Positions 38,636 to 49,366 are shown, counted from the stretch's first letter. The stretch: 64,000 nt of DNA from Thermoproteota archaeon (GCA_020833005.1 JAJHRD010000001.1:4260-68259), one strand, 5' to 3'. Program-made: numbers and translations. The notes: generated from the sequence alone by a model not told the origin.

Positions 38636-38902
38636 ATGAAGGTGAACATGGACATAGAAGAAATATTTGCATCGAGGGGGAGAACCAGAATTCTGAAAAC
38701 ACTAATAATAGAGAGGGAGATGAACATATCCGAACTTGCAAAAAGAACAGGATTAAGCTATACCTCAGTTAACAGACACCTAGAAGAATTGAAGAAGAGT
38801 GGGGTGATAGTGGAGAAGAGATTTGGAAGGATAAGAATATTTAAAATAAACGAACAAAATAAAATTGCAAAAGCAATAGAGGAATTCATGATGAAAACAT
38901 AA
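38636..38902 (+). CDS. Small winged-helix (ArsR/TrmB-like) DNA-binding protein
   Basis: RILKTLIIEREMNISELAKRTGLSYTSVNRHLEELKKSGVIVEKR. The reading frame overlaps the cdc6 stop. Confidence 0.65.
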   Translation: MKVNMDIEEIFASRGRTRILKTLIIEREMNISELAKRTGLSYTSVNRHLEELKKSGVIVEKRFGRIRIFKINEQNKIAKAIEEFMMKT

Positions 38903-38915
38903 GGAGGCTATTGAA

Positions 38916-39374
38916 ATGTGTGGAGAAGTGAAAATGGTGGATATAACTGGTAAAAACATATCCATTAGAATAGCAACCGCTGAGGGGGAAATCAAACTTA
39001 AAAGAGAAACAATAGAGAAGATAGTTAAAGGGGAAGTGGAGAAGGGGGATGTAATTTCAACTGCAAAAATAGCTGCAATAATGGCTGCAAAAAGAACACC
39101 GGAGATAATTCCACTATGCCACCAAATCCCACTAACAAACGTAGATGTAGAAGTAAAGGTGTTGGATGATGAGAGAATAAAGGTGGAAACTACAGTGAAA
39201 ACTGAAGCAAAGACTGGCGTGGAAATGGAAGCTATAACAGCCACAGCCATAGCACTAATAACCATATGGGATATGGTCAAGAAGTATGAAAAGGATGAGA
39301 AAGGGGAATATCCACAAACTGAAATTAATAGGATAAGGGTAACATTAAAAAGTAAGAAGGAGATATCACTTTAA
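38916..39374 (+). CDS. moaC: Cyclic pyranopterin monophosphate synthase MoaC
   Basis: MVDITGK...TAKIAAIMAAKRTPEIIPLCHQIPL...TGVEMEA. Confidence 0.88.
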   Translation: MCGEVKMVDITGKNISIRIATAEGEIKLKRETIEKIVKGEVEKGDVISTAKIAAIMAAKRTPEIIPLCHQIPLTNVDVEVKVLDDERIKVETTVKTEAKTGVEMEAITATAIALITIWDMVKKYEKDEKGEYPQTEINRIRVTLKSKKEISL

Positions 39375-39386
39375 CTGACGATTTAC

Positions 39387-40325
39387 ATGCCATTAATAGA
39401 TAGATATGGAAGGCCAATTGTAAATCTGAGAATAACGTTAACACATAAATGCAATTATAGATGCATATACTGCCACATGGAAGGGGAGGAAAAGGCACTA
39501 GAAGAACTAACTCCAGAGGAAATAGAAAGAATAGCTAGAGTTGCAGTTAAAATTGGAATAAGTAAAGTCAAATTAACAGGTGGAGAACCATTAATTAGAG
39601 AAGACATAGGGGAAATAGTGAGAAGGTTATCACATATAAACGGAATGGAAGAGGTATCAATGACTACAAATGGATCCCTCCTAAAGGAAAAGGTTAAGGA
39701 ACTTGCAAAAGCAAATCTCAAAAGAATTAATGTAAATATCCCATCATTAAGGGAGGAAACATACAAGTATATAACCAATAGTGAATATTCCCCAAAACAA
39801 ATCATAGAAGGGGTTATGGAGGCGAAGAAGCTGGGGATAAACCCAGTAAAGGTGAACATGGTCATCCTAAGGGGGGTTAATGATGATCAAATAGATGAAA
39901 TGATCACATTCACGAGGAAGAATGATTTAATACTTCAATTAATAGAGCTGGAGAATGTTGGAATAGATGAAGAAACATACTCAAAGTATCATGCAGACAT
40001 ATCATCAATTGAAGAGAAGATAAAAAATGAAGCAAAAAAGGTGATTGTGAGAAGAGACATGCAAAATAGGCGTAAATACATTTTAAAAGGTGGAGGAGAA
40101 GTTGAAATAGTAAACCCATATGAAAATGGAAACTTCTGCTCAGCATGCACAAGGATAAGATTAACCGCAGATGGAAAGATAAAACCCTGCCTAATGAGAA
40201 ACGACAACTTAATAGACATAAAAAATCTATTAAGAAACAATTTAGATGAATATGAACTTATGAAACTTTTTGTGAAAGCTATTGAGGGGAGGGAGCCATA
40301 CTGGAAGAGGAGGGTTACGCCTTAA
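39387..40325 (+). CDS. moaA: GTP 3',8-cyclase MoaA (radical SAM)
   Basis: LRITLTHKCNYRCIYCH, and C-terminal second-cluster cysteines FCSACTRIRLTADGKIKPCL. Confidence 0.9.
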   Translation: MPLIDRYGRPIVNLRITLTHKCNYRCIYCHMEGEEKALEELTPEEIERIARVAVKIGISKVKLTGGEPLIREDIGEIVRRLSHINGMEEVSMTTNGSLLKEKVKELAKANLKRINVNIPSLREETYKYITNSEYSPKQIIEGVMEAKKLGINPVKVNMVILRGVNDDQIDEMITFTRKNDLILQLIELENVGIDEETYSKYHADISSIEEKIKNEAKKVIVRRDMQNRRKYILKGGGEVEIVNPYENGNFCSACTRIRLTADGKIKPCLMRNDNLIDIKNLLRNNLDEYELMKLFVKAIEGREPYWKRRVTP

Positions 40326-41143
40326 AAATATTTTACCTAGGACACAAATACTACGGCTTTGCAACCCAAAAGGATAAGCCTACAATTGAAGGAACGCTAA
40401 GAAAAATTTTTAGAAGTAAAATTTGTGGGGAAAGAATACACATAACTTATGCAAGTAGAACAGATAAGGGAGTACATGCCATAGGACAAACCATAACCAT
40501 AAATGTGAAAGATGTGGACATAGATGAGGTAAATGCAAATCTACCTGAAGACATAGCCATATGGGCTTACTGCAAAGCACCAAAACACTTCGATGCCAGA
40601 AGATGCACAATATATAGACATTACAAATACATAGTTTTCAAAAGGGATTTAGATCTGGAAAAGATGAAAAATGCATCAAAGGATTTGCTTGGAATACACA
40701 ATTTCAAAAGATTCTGCTATAAGGTTAAGGGACCCGTAATTAGGAGAATATACTATATAAAGATAGATAGAATTGAGGAGGGATACCTAGCAATAGAATT
40801 CATAGGATCAAAATTTGCTAGGGGACTCATCAGAAACCTAGTAGATTTACTAACAAGAATCGGAAGTGGAGAGATTAGCAGTTTAAGTAGCGTATGGGAG
40901 TATAATGGACCGCTATGCATGGCACCCCCAGAAAACCTATACCTCATAGATGCATACTACCCATTGAAATACACAATTAGCGATACTGGAGTGGAAAAGG
41001 TTATTAAAGCTATAAACGTGATGAGCAATGTAAAAGATTTTGATGAAGGAACAATTTTGAAGAAGCAGATGTTAAAGGATTTTTGGAAAGTTATGAATGA
41101 TGTAAGAGAACTCGGCTTAAAGTTGCATTCAACCCTTCATTAG
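40322..41143 (+). CDS. truA: tRNA pseudouridine synthase A (TruA/Pus1-like); no canonical start codon
   Basis: LKIFYLGHKYYGFATQ...ASRTDKGVHAIGQ (catalytic Asp motif). The frame opens at 40286 with no ATG/GTG/TTG before GTG 40505. GGAGGG lies 7 nt upstream of TTA 40322. Confidence 0.7.
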   Translation, partial: LKIFYLGHKYYGFATQKDKPTIEGTLRKIFRSKICGERIHITYASRTDKGVHAIGQTITINVKDVDIDEVNANLPEDIAIWAYCKAPKHFDARRCTIYRHYKYIVFKRDLDLEKMKNASKDLLGIHNFKRFCYKVKGPVIRRIYYIKIDRIEEGYLAIEFIGSKFARGLIRNLVDLLTRIGSGEISSLSSVWEYNGPLCMAPPENLYLIDAYYPLKYTISDTGVEKVIKAINVMSNVKDFDEGTILKKQMLKDFWKVMNDVRELGLKLHSTLH

Positions 41144-42397
41144 CTTCTTTATCTCCTCACCCATACTTGGATTGCTGACAAGGAAATCCACCATCCTATC
41201 ATCAAATCCAAGCCATAAAGCTATACCAGCAGCCATATTAGCATTATGATTAAATATTACCTTCAAAATTGGCAGGTACTCTGAGAGAGCTGTACGTGAA
41301 GATACATGACAGTTCTTTGCAATTAGAGAAGCTATTCCATTCATAACTTCACGAACGCCCATACTTTTCTGGAGGAGTCTAATACGCTCTGGGAAGGAGT
41401 ATTTAACAAACCTATATTTCTCCCTCTTAGCCATGGAAACCCCTGCAGTCATAAGATCCATAGCATAACTTAATAGAGACCAATCTTGAGAACGTTTTAT
41501 CCTACCCAAATAGACATCAGCCTTTGAGAGAGCATTATATGCATCATAAAGCTCATACACATTACCATACTGTATCGGGATATTTTCATTCAACCATTGT
41601 AAAAGCTCATCATACGATAAATCTGAGGTTATAGTGTATCTCCTAGCGGCATTACATGATGTAGAGGAGAATATACCCCTCAAAACGTCAAAGGCAGGGG
41701 TAACTCTATCCCTATATCCAAGCCACTTAACATCATCTAACTTCAATGTCTTCTTACCAGCAGCACATATTTGAAGATCATTTATAGCTGATCTAACATC
41801 ACCTTCACATCTATCAGCAATAAACTTCAACGCCTCCTTATCATATGAAATGCCCTCAGCACGGCAAATCTTCTCCAAAAAACCTACAATGGATGTACTC
41901 CTAACACCATAAAACTGTATCATCAAACACATCTCCCTCAACTGCCTAAATTGGGGGTCCCATGGATCATTTGCCGTGAAGACCACTGGAAACTTTGATA
42001 CTTCAACAAGCCTTATTAATGCACTCAAGCCACCCCTATCTTCAGAAGTCGATATACCATCAATTTCATCAACAAGAATTATCTTCCTAGAACTCCCAAA
42101 ACCGAAATGCTTAGATGCAGCCATAGCTATTCTCTCAACATCCTCATAACTCCTATTATCACTGGCATTCATTTGAATCAATTCAGCCTTATATACTATG
42201 GATGCAACTTCAACGGTAAGTGTTTTACCAACGCCGGGAGGCCCCCAAAGTAGAGCAGCCTTATACTTAGCAGTTCCATTAAAGAATTCCTCAATCCAAG
42301 ATCTAAATTGTGATATTGCCTCCTTATTTCCAAGAATCTCATCAAAGGATTTAGGCTTATACTTATTAGTCCATAAAAGTTTCTCAGCAGAAATCAT
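41129..42397 (-). CDS. rfcL: Replication factor C large subunit
   Basis: [17 protein letters not shown], Walker A GPPGVGKT, and DEIDG. Confidence 0.9.
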   Translation of the reverse strand: MISAEKLLWTNKYKPKSFDEILGNKEAISQFRSWIEEFFNGTAKYKAALLWGPPGVGKTLTVEVASIVYKAELIQMNASDNRSYEDVERIAMAASKHFGFGSSRKIILVDEIDGISTSEDRGGLSALIRLVEVSKFPVVFTANDPWDPQFRQLREMCLMIQFYGVRSTSIVGFLEKICRAEGISYDKEALKFIADRCEGDVRSAINDLQICAAGKKTLKLDDVKWLGYRDRVTPAFDVLRGIFSSTSCNAARRYTITSDLSYDELLQWLNENIPIQYGNVYELYDAYNALSKADVYLGRIKRSQDWSLLSYAMDLMTAGVSMAKREKYRFVKYSFPERIRLLQKSMGVREVMNGIASLIAKNCHVSSRTALSEYLPILKVIFNHNANMAAGIALWLGFDDRMVDFLVSNPSMGEEIKKLMKG

Positions 42398-43353
42398 TTA
42401 CTACCCCTCAATTCACTACCATAAAGGGAGAAGCATGCCAATAGATAACTTAACTGAATCTCTTCATCAGCCCCCTCCACCATCCTAAAATTGACTTCAC
42501 CTATCTTATCAGCCAAAAGCACTTTAACCTTATCAGGTATATCCAATGCGAAAACTTCCCTATGCATTTGCTTAACAATATCAACACCTGAAAGCCCATA
42601 ATTTATCATGAGCTCCCTAAGCTTACCCCTAGCATTAACGAAATCCCCCTTCAAAGCCAATGCCATCATCTCCCTAACCTCAACGGGATTCGCCTTCCCA
42701 ACAACCCTATAAACAGCAGATTCATCAACAACACCGAGACTTGCAGCTGCTTGAAGAGTATTTATAGCCCTCCTCATATCACCCTCAGCAACATAGAGTA
42801 TTGCCTCCAAACCCCCAGGAGTTAACTTCACATTCTCATTGCTGGCAATATACTTCAATCTCCCAGCAATATCCTCATTGGAAAGAGGCTGAAAACGGAA
42901 GACTGCACACCTAGACTGTATAGGCTCAATAATCTTGCTCGAATAATTCGCAATCAATATGAATCTACAAGTCCTAGTATACAACTCCATTATACGCCTC
43001 AAAGCTTGCTGAGCATCTGCAGTCATGTTGTCAGCTTCATCCAATATGATCAATTTGAATGGAACATCCCCTAGAGGCATCGTCCTAGCATAATCCTTAA
43101 TCCTATCCCTAACAGTTTGAATTCCACGCTCATCTGAAGCATTGAGTTCTAAAATATTCTGCCTCCAATTAGCACCATAAAGATCGTATGCTAAAGCCAA
43201 AGCCACAGTGGTCTTACCGCAACCCGGAGGACCTGCAAAGAGCATGTGAGGAACATTCTTACTTGAAACAAAACTCTTAAGTCTAGGCACAATATCCTTC
43301 TGATTAACAACTTCATCCAAAGTTTTAGGCCTATACTTCTCAGTCCAAAGCAT
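42394..43353 (-). CDS. rfcS: Replication factor C small subunit
   Basis: [34 protein letters not shown], and SRC motif QSRCAVFRF. There is a 4-nt overlap with the rfcL start. Confidence 0.92.
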   Translation of the reverse strand: MLWTEKYRPKTLDEVVNQKDIVPRLKSFVSSKNVPHMLFAGPPGCGKTTVALALAYDLYGANWRQNILELNASDERGIQTVRDRIKDYARTMPLGDVPFKLIILDEADNMTADAQQALRRIMELYTRTCRFILIANYSSKIIEPIQSRCAVFRFQPLSNEDIAGRLKYIASNENVKLTPGGLEAILYVAEGDMRRAINTLQAAASLGVVDESAVYRVVGKANPVEVREMMALALKGDFVNARGKLRELMINYGLSGVDIVKQMHREVFALDIPDKVKVLLADKIGEVNFRMVEGADEEIQLSYLLACFSLYGSELRGSK

Positions 43354-43487
43354 GAATACATCTGAACACATAATCACACCAATTCATATTACTATACAAA
43401 GGAGGATATTAAGATTAACATGTCAAATTTAAGCTAAGGGAAAAAATTAATACTTGCAATATTAAAGGGAAAGTGTTGGTGTAGATA

Positions 43488-44045
43488 ATGCTTGAATTTA
43501 TAAATGAAGCATCAAAAATAATATCAGATACAGAACTCATAAAAGCCACTGTAAAGAGGACTTCAACCCCAATGGAACTAGGGGGGATGAAAATAAATTT
43601 AGATGCTGAAGGCATGGAAATACTAATACCAAAATGGGCATCAGATAAAATGATGAAAGATGGATTAATAGAAGTGAAGTATATTGAAGAACTTGGGATA
43701 AAGGATCTGAGAAAAACCCTTTGGAAAGAATCTAGGGAAACCAATTTAACGAAAATAGATCCTCAATTCTACATGAAAGCAAGAGCCACAATTAAAAGGT
43801 TAATGGATGATATAAAGAGAGATCCAACCCCGGAAAAAATCCAAGAGGAAAGGAAATATAGAGATGCATTCATGGATATAGTGAATTGCAGAATGCAGAA
43901 AGTATTGCAATTGGCAATAACAGAATCAATACCACAAACAATAAGTGAAAATATGACCATAGAAGAGAGAATACTGCTAAAAGAGATAAAAAGAATGCTA
44001 ACAACATGGAAAGATCAAGTAACAAGAATAGGTGATGAAACATGA
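43488..44045 (+). CDS. gins23: GINS subunit, Gins23-type (B-domain first, then A-domain)
   Basis: N-terminal ILIPKWASDKMMKDGLIEV (B-domain-like); C-terminal helical YRDAFMDIVNCRMQKVLQLAI (A-domain-like). A 4-nt overlap with the mcm start matches the crenarchaeal gins23-mcm arrangement. Confidence 0.7.
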   Translation: MLEFINEASKIISDTELIKATVKRTSTPMELGGMKINLDAEGMEILIPKWASDKMMKDGLIEVKYIEELGIKDLRKTLWKESRETNLTKIDPQFYMKARATIKRLMDDIKRDPTPEKIQEERKYRDAFMDIVNCRMQKVLQLAITESIPQTISENMTIEERILLKEIKRMLTTWKDQVTRIGDET

Positions 44046-46096
44046 GCCTAGAATTATTGGAAGCAGACATAAGAGAGAGATTCGTGGATTTCCTAAAATC
44101 ATTCAAGAATAGCGCTGGAGAATACTACTATAAAAACATGCTAAGCCAAATGGTTGTAACTGGACAAAAACATCTAGTCATAAACTTTGAAGACCTATTG
44201 GAATACGACCAGCAACTGGCAGAACAATTAATAGAGAAACCATCAAAAGTCATCGAGGCAGCTTCAGCAGCCATAAGAGATGTAATGATGAGTAGCATAA
44301 ACATAAACTACGCAAGGAAAGTCAAAAGGTTCATAGCAAGATTCAAAAAGTTACCAGAAGTAATCCCAATAAGGAAGATTAGATCAGAACATGTTGGAAA
44401 ACTAATAATGATAGAAGGCATACTTACAAGAGTTTCATCAATAAAACAACAAATAGTGAAAGCAGCGTACAGATGCGAGAAATGCTCAGAAATAACCTAC
44501 GTAGAAGCAGCCAGCCTAGATGAAAGGATAAATCCACCGGAAAAATGCCAACACTGTGGAGGAAGAGTATTCAAACTAATCCCAGAAGAATCCGAATTTA
44601 TAGATTGGCAAAGGCTAACGATACAAGAAAGACCAGAAGAACTACCACCAGCCCAATTGCCAAGATCAATAGAAGCCATTGCAAGAGAAGACCTAGTGGA
44701 TGTAGCTAAACCCGGTGATAGAATAATAGTTGTAGGGATACTGAAATCCGTGAAGGAACATACTGGAATGGGAACAACATTCAGACCTGAAATAGAAGTA
44801 AATTACATAGAATTATCGGAAAAGGGGATGGAAGAGATAGAAATAACTCCAGAAGATGAAGAGAAGATAAAGAATCTAGCAAAGGATCCAATGATACATG
44901 AGAAAATAATCCAATCAATAGCGCCATCAATATATGGTTATAGAGAAGTTAAGGAGGGGATAGCATACCTACTATTTGGAGGGGTGCAAAAAATTCTACC
45001 AGACGGTATGAGGATAAGGGGGGATATAAACATACTATTGGTCGGAGACCCTGGAACTGCAAAAAGCCAAATACTACAATACGTTGCCAGAATAGCTCCA
45101 AGAGGAATATATACATCTGGAAAGGGATCCACTGCTGCTGGATTAACAGCGGCAGTCGTAAAAGATAGAACCACCGGTGACTGGTATCTTGAAGCTGGAG
45201 CACTCGTACTTGCAGATGGAGGAGTAGCATGTGTAGATGAAATAGATAAAATGAGGAATGAAGATAGAGTAGCTATGCATGAAGTAATGGAGCAACAGAC
45301 CGTGAGCATAGCAAAGGCAGGTATAGTTGCAACATTAAATGCAAGAACATCAATACTAGCCTCAGCAAACCCAACACTTGGAAGATTTGTAGAGCAAAAG
45401 TCAATAGTTGAAAACGTCAATCTACCAATAACAATACTTTCAAGATTCGACCTAATATTCCCATTGAAAGATGAGCCAGATGAAGAGAGAGATACGAAAA
45501 TGAGTGAACACATACTAAGATTACACCAAACGAGGGGGTACGTTTCACCCCCACCAATAGAACCAGAACTCCTAAGAAAGTACATAGCATACATGAGGAA
45601 GAACGTTAAACCAAGATTATCAGATGAAGCTATGGAAAGGATAAAGGAGTATTATGTTGAAATGAGGAAACTTGGGAAGAATGGGGGAAGCATACCAATA
45701 ACCCCAAGACAGCTAGAAGCATTAGTAAGGATGACGGAAGCAAGAGCCAAAATGGCTTTAAGAGATGTAGCCACAAAAGATGATGCGGAAGCAGCAATAA
45801 GGCTAATGAACTATGTATTGGAGAAGACAGCATATGATGTTGAAACTGAAAAGATAGATATAGACATGATACTAACTGGAAAGACAAAGTCGCAAAGGGA
45901 CAAAATGAACATCATAATGGATTACATAAGAAGTAAAGTTAAGGAGATAGGTGGACCAGTAAAAAAGGATTTCGCTGCAGAAGAGATAGAGAAGGCACAT
46001 GGAATAGAGAAGAATACTGTTCTCGAAATTATAGAAAAGCTATTGAAGGAAGGAATACTATTTGAAGCTAGACCAGGATATGTAATGCCAACATAG
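44042..46096 (+). CDS. mcm: MCM replicative helicase
   Basis: Zinc finger CEKCS...CQHCGG, Walker A GDPGTAKSQ, Walker B CVDEIDKM, arginine finger SRFDL. No intein. Confidence 0.95.
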   Translation: MSLELLEADIRERFVDFLKSFKNSAGEYYYKNMLSQMVVTGQKHLVINFEDLLEYDQQLAEQLIEKPSKVIEAASAAIRDVMMSSININYARKVKRFIARFKKLPEVIPIRKIRSEHVGKLIMIEGILTRVSSIKQQIVKAAYRCEKCSEITYVEAASLDERINPPEKCQHCGGRVFKLIPEESEFIDWQRLTIQERPEELPPAQLPRSIEAIAREDLVDVAKPGDRIIVVGILKSVKEHTGMGTTFRPEIEVNYIELSEKGMEEIEITPEDEEKIKNLAKDPMIHEKIIQSIAPSIYGYREVKEGIAYLLFGGVQKILPDGMRIRGDINILLVGDPGTAKSQILQYVARIAPRGIYTSGKGSTAAGLTAAVVKDRTTGDWYLEAGALVLADGGVACVDEIDKMRNEDRVAMHEVMEQQTVSIAKAGIVATLNARTSILASANPTLGRFVEQKSIVENVNLPITILSRFDLIFPLKDEPDEERDTKMSEHILRLHQTRGYVSPPPIEPELLRKYIAYMRKNVKPRLSDEAMERIKEYYVEMRKLGKNGGSIPITPRQLEALVRMTEARAKMALRDVATKDDAEAAIRLMNYVLEKTAYDVETEKIDIDMILTGKTKSQRDKMNIIMDYIRSKVKEIGGPVKKDFAAEEIEKAHGIEKNTVLEIIEKLLKEGILFEARPGYVMPT

Positions 46097-46102
46097 TGGG
46101 GG

Positions 46103-48259
46103 ATGAGTAAGATTAAGATAAGAGAGCTACCAATACCTAAAATAATAAGGGACATATTGGAAGCTAATGGGATAATTGAACTATACCCACCACAAGAACA
46201 AGCTGTAAGAAGCGGACTACTTAATGGGGAAAACATAGTGCTAGCCATACCTACAGCTGCAGGAAAAACGCTTGCAGCTGAATTAGCCATAACAAAAAGA
46301 TTACTTGAAGAGGGAGGAAAAGCAATATACCTAACACCATTAAAAGCGCTTGCCTCAGAAAAGTATGAGGAATTCAAAAAGTATGAAAACGCTGGATTAA
46401 AGGTCACCATAAGCACAGGAGATTATGACAACCCAGAACCTCAACTCAAATACTACGACATTATAGTCATGACAAACGAAAAGGCAGATAGCATCCTCAG
46501 AAACAAACCTCCATGGATGAATGAAGTTAAAGTGGTGGTGGCAGATGAAATACACCTAATAAATGATGATGATAGGGGACCAACCTTAGAAGTGGTTTTA
46601 GCAAAACTATTATCAACAAACCCACAATCTCAAGTTATAGGTTTAAGTGCAACAATAATGAATGCAGAGGAAATAGCTGAATGGTTAAATGCTAAACTAG
46701 TGAAAAGCCATTGGAGACCAGTACCATTAAGGAAGGGGGTCTACGTAAATGGGAGAATAATATATGATGATGGAAGTATAATGGAGGTTACAAGGGAAAA
46801 GATGGACTCATACCAAGCATTAACGAAACAAACCCTAGAAGATGGAGGTCAAGTGCTAATTTTTTCAAACACAAGAAACGATTCTAGGGAAACAGCATTC
46901 AAACTAATACCACTAACATCAAAACACTTAAAAGCTGATGAGAAGAGGGAACTCGTAAAAATATCCAACGAAATACTATCATCGGAGGAAAGCACAAGGA
47001 TAAGTGAAGAATTAGCTACATGCATTAAGAGTGGAGTGGCATTCCACCATGCAGGATTATCAGCAACCCATAGGAGCATAATTGAAAGGGCATTCAAAGA
47101 GTTTAAGATAAAAGTTATATGCGCAACCCCCACTCTGGCTGCAGGGGTAAATCTTCCAGCAAGGAGGGTGATAGTAAAGAGTTATTATAGATATGATAGT
47201 TCAACTGGATACCAAATGATACCAGCATTCGAATATCATCAAATGGCTGGAAGAGCTGGAAGGCCGAAATATGATGAATGGGGGGATGCAATACTAATAG
47301 CCAAAAACATGCAAGAACAAGAATTCTTAATGGAAAACTATGTAAGAGCACCTCCAGAAAAGATATGGTCTAGACTGGCATCAGAATCAGCATTAAGATC
47401 GCATACGCTTGCAATAATAGCTACAGAATATGCAAAGAGCGAAGAAGAGGTTATGGAATTCATAAGAAGGACATTCTATTATAAACAGTATGGTGAAGAA
47501 AGACAGATAAGAAATGTACTGAGAAGGGTTGTGGGATTTCTGGTGGAAAACGATATGATTAGAGTTATTAATGAAAATATTTATCCAACAAAACTTGGAA
47601 TGAGAGTATCACAACTATACATCGACCCACTATCAGCCGTACGAATCATAAATGGACTTAGAGGGAGGAATAGTGCAAGTGAACTTGCATACATACACTT
47701 AATATGTATGACCCCAGATATGCAGAGATTACATCTCAATAGGAGGGATAGGAAGACGTTAATGTCGAAATTATTTGAAATTGAGGGTGAGCTACTCATA
47801 AATGTAGAGGACCCTACAGACGAATTTGAACAACTAACAATGCTACAAGCACTCAAAACTGCCATGATGCTAAATGATTGGATAAATGAAGAGAAGGAAG
47901 ATGCAATAATAGAGAAGTATGATGTAGGGCCTGGAGACATATACTCAATAGCACTCACAGCACAATGGCTAATGTACTCAGCCACGGAAATAAGCAAATT
48001 AATGGGATTCGTAAACCACATACAAAAATTGACTGAGCTAACCAGTAGACTGGAATATGGATGTAAACCAGAGCTATTAGAGCTAATAAGTTTAAAGGGG
48101 ATAGGGAGAGTTAGAGCTAGACTACTGTACAGAGCAGGATACAAAACCATTGAAGATCTAAGGAAGGCACGTATAGAAGACTTAAAAAGAATACCACTAT
48201 TCGGAGAGGAAACCATAAGGAAGATAAAGGAACAACTGGAGGAAAGAGGGTTACGCTAA
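46103..48259 (+). CDS. hel308: Hel308/Hjm Ski2-like DNA helicase
   Basis: PTAAGKT, DEIH, SAT, HHAGL, and a C-terminal HhH-like GIGRVRARLLYRAGY. Starts 6 nt after the mcm stop. Confidence 0.9.
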   Translation: MSKIKIRELPIPKIIRDILEANGIIELYPPQEQAVRSGLLNGENIVLAIPTAAGKTLAAELAITKRLLEEGGKAIYLTPLKALASEKYEEFKKYENAGLKVTISTGDYDNPEPQLKYYDIIVMTNEKADSILRNKPPWMNEVKVVVADEIHLINDDDRGPTLEVVLAKLLSTNPQSQVIGLSATIMNAEEIAEWLNAKLVKSHWRPVPLRKGVYVNGRIIYDDGSIMEVTREKMDSYQALTKQTLEDGGQVLIFSNTRNDSRETAFKLIPLTSKHLKADEKRELVKISNEILSSEESTRISEELATCIKSGVAFHHAGLSATHRSIIERAFKEFKIKVICATPTLAAGVNLPARRVIVKSYYRYDSSTGYQMIPAFEYHQMAGRAGRPKYDEWGDAILIAKNMQEQEFLMENYVRAPPEKIWSRLASESALRSHTLAIIATEYAKSEEEVMEFIRRTFYYKQYGEERQIRNVLRRVVGFLVENDMIRVINENIYPTKLGMRVSQLYIDPLSAVRIINGLRGRNSASELAYIHLICMTPDMQRLHLNRRDRKTLMSKLFEIEGELLINVEDPTDEFEQLTMLQALKTAMMLNDWINEEKEDAIIEKYDVGPGDIYSIALTAQWLMYSATEISKLMGFVNHIQKLTELTSRLEYGCKPELLELISLKGIGRVRARLLYRAGYKTIEDLRKARIEDLKRIPLFGEETIRKIKEQLEERGLR

Positions 48260-48269
48260 TAATGAAAAT

Positions 48270-48695
48270 TTAAAATGGTTGTAAGCGAACATTTATTTTC
48301 CCATTAACATTTGAAATGCAAAGGAACATGAATTCACGCGATAAATTAACACTTGAATCCACATAGCATACATCAATCAGGTTCGGGAGATCCAATTTAA
48401 ACTCCCCACGATCACAATAGAATATCAAAGAATTCTTAAATATGGAAACCCTAAACCCAATAAATCTAGTGGGAACAGATAGTTTAATGCAGATACTGGA
48501 ATTTAAACCAAGATTTCTACATGTTTCAACTCCATAAACTATAGATTCCCTAACACCATATATAAAGGAGTAATAGACTCTATCGTTGTTGATAATATTA
48601 AAGTAAAAGCTGCCCATGGACATTAGAAGTAGCAATGTAGAGAATATTAAGCCAAAATTTAATATAGAGTTGGAAATTACATTCCTCATATTCAT
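48270..48695 (-). CDS. Small protein with an N-terminal hydrophobic segment (possible minor pilin-like), last gene of the pilus-like operon
   Basis: MNMRNVISNSILNFGLIFSTLLLLMS. 4-nt overlap with the upstream gene. Confidence 0.45.
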   Translation of the reverse strand: MNMRNVISNSILNFGLIFSTLLLLMSMGSFYFNIINNDRVYYSFIYGVRESIVYGVETCRNLGLNSSICIKLSVPTRFIGFRVSIFKNSLIFYCDRGEFKLDLPNLIDVCYVDSSVNLSREFMFLCISNVNGKINVRLQPF

Positions 48696-49366
48696 CCACC
48701 AACCACATTAACAGATATTATTATGCAATTAAATATCAATGGATTAACTCTACTGGAATTAAAAGACCAATTAAATGAATATGCTGGACTATATAGTTGC
48801 ATATGCAAAATTTTTGGAGTAGTAGGGTTATAGGATCTTTTCATAATGTTAACATGTGATGTGAAGGAATATTCCCCATATGATATTTTCAATGAACCAT
48901 TAATATTGAACAAAACAACTCCCACAAAAACTGAATTTCCACTAAAAATTATCTTTGGACGAACGCTGAGAATCAAAGTCCCCCCACTTGCCATTATTGA
49001 ATAGAAGAAGTATGTCCGATTACCTTCCTCAATTATCACATTCCCATATGGGTACAGGGAATTGTGGGAAATATATTTCAAGCTAATTGAGAAAGAAGAT
49101 AGCAGAGTTTCATTATCAAAATTTATAATTTGAAAACCATCAACATAAAATTCCAATACACCATACTTTAGGGAAAAACGGTGAACCACCATTTTACCAT
49201 ACTCCATACCATCAATAAGCTTATGGAAGAATGATTTCACATCATTGACTTCGGCAAGCATTAACACATAGGTGTTATAAGATGTATAAAACTGTAAACA
49301 AACTGAACCAACCAGCAATATCAATCCAACCAGAATAATTGATGAAGGTATTTCAGCAGAGGTCAT
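48692..49366 (-). CDS. Protein with an N-terminal hydrophobic segment (possible pilin-like), unknown function
   Basis: MTSAEIPSSIILVGLILLVGSV. 4-nt overlaps on both sides. Confidence 0.45.
   Translation of the reverse strand: MTSAEIPSSIILVGLILLVGSVCLQFYTSYNTYVLMLAEVNDVKSFFHKLIDGMEYGKMVVHRFSLKYGVLEFYVDGFQIINFDNETLLSSFSISLKYISHNSLYPYGNVIIEEGNRTYFFYSIMASGGTLILSVRPKIIFSGNSVFVGVVLFNINGSLKISYGEYSFTSHVNIMKRSYNPTTPKILHMQLYSPAYSFNWSFNSSRVNPLIFNCIIISVNVVGG

Noticed and set aside
43354-43487. AAGGGAAA direct repeats in the rfcS/gins23 spacer as origin-recognition boxes
   Set aside because: There are only two short copies in a 134-nt divergent promoter region, which is more simply explained as promoter or Shine-Dalgarno-like purine tracts.
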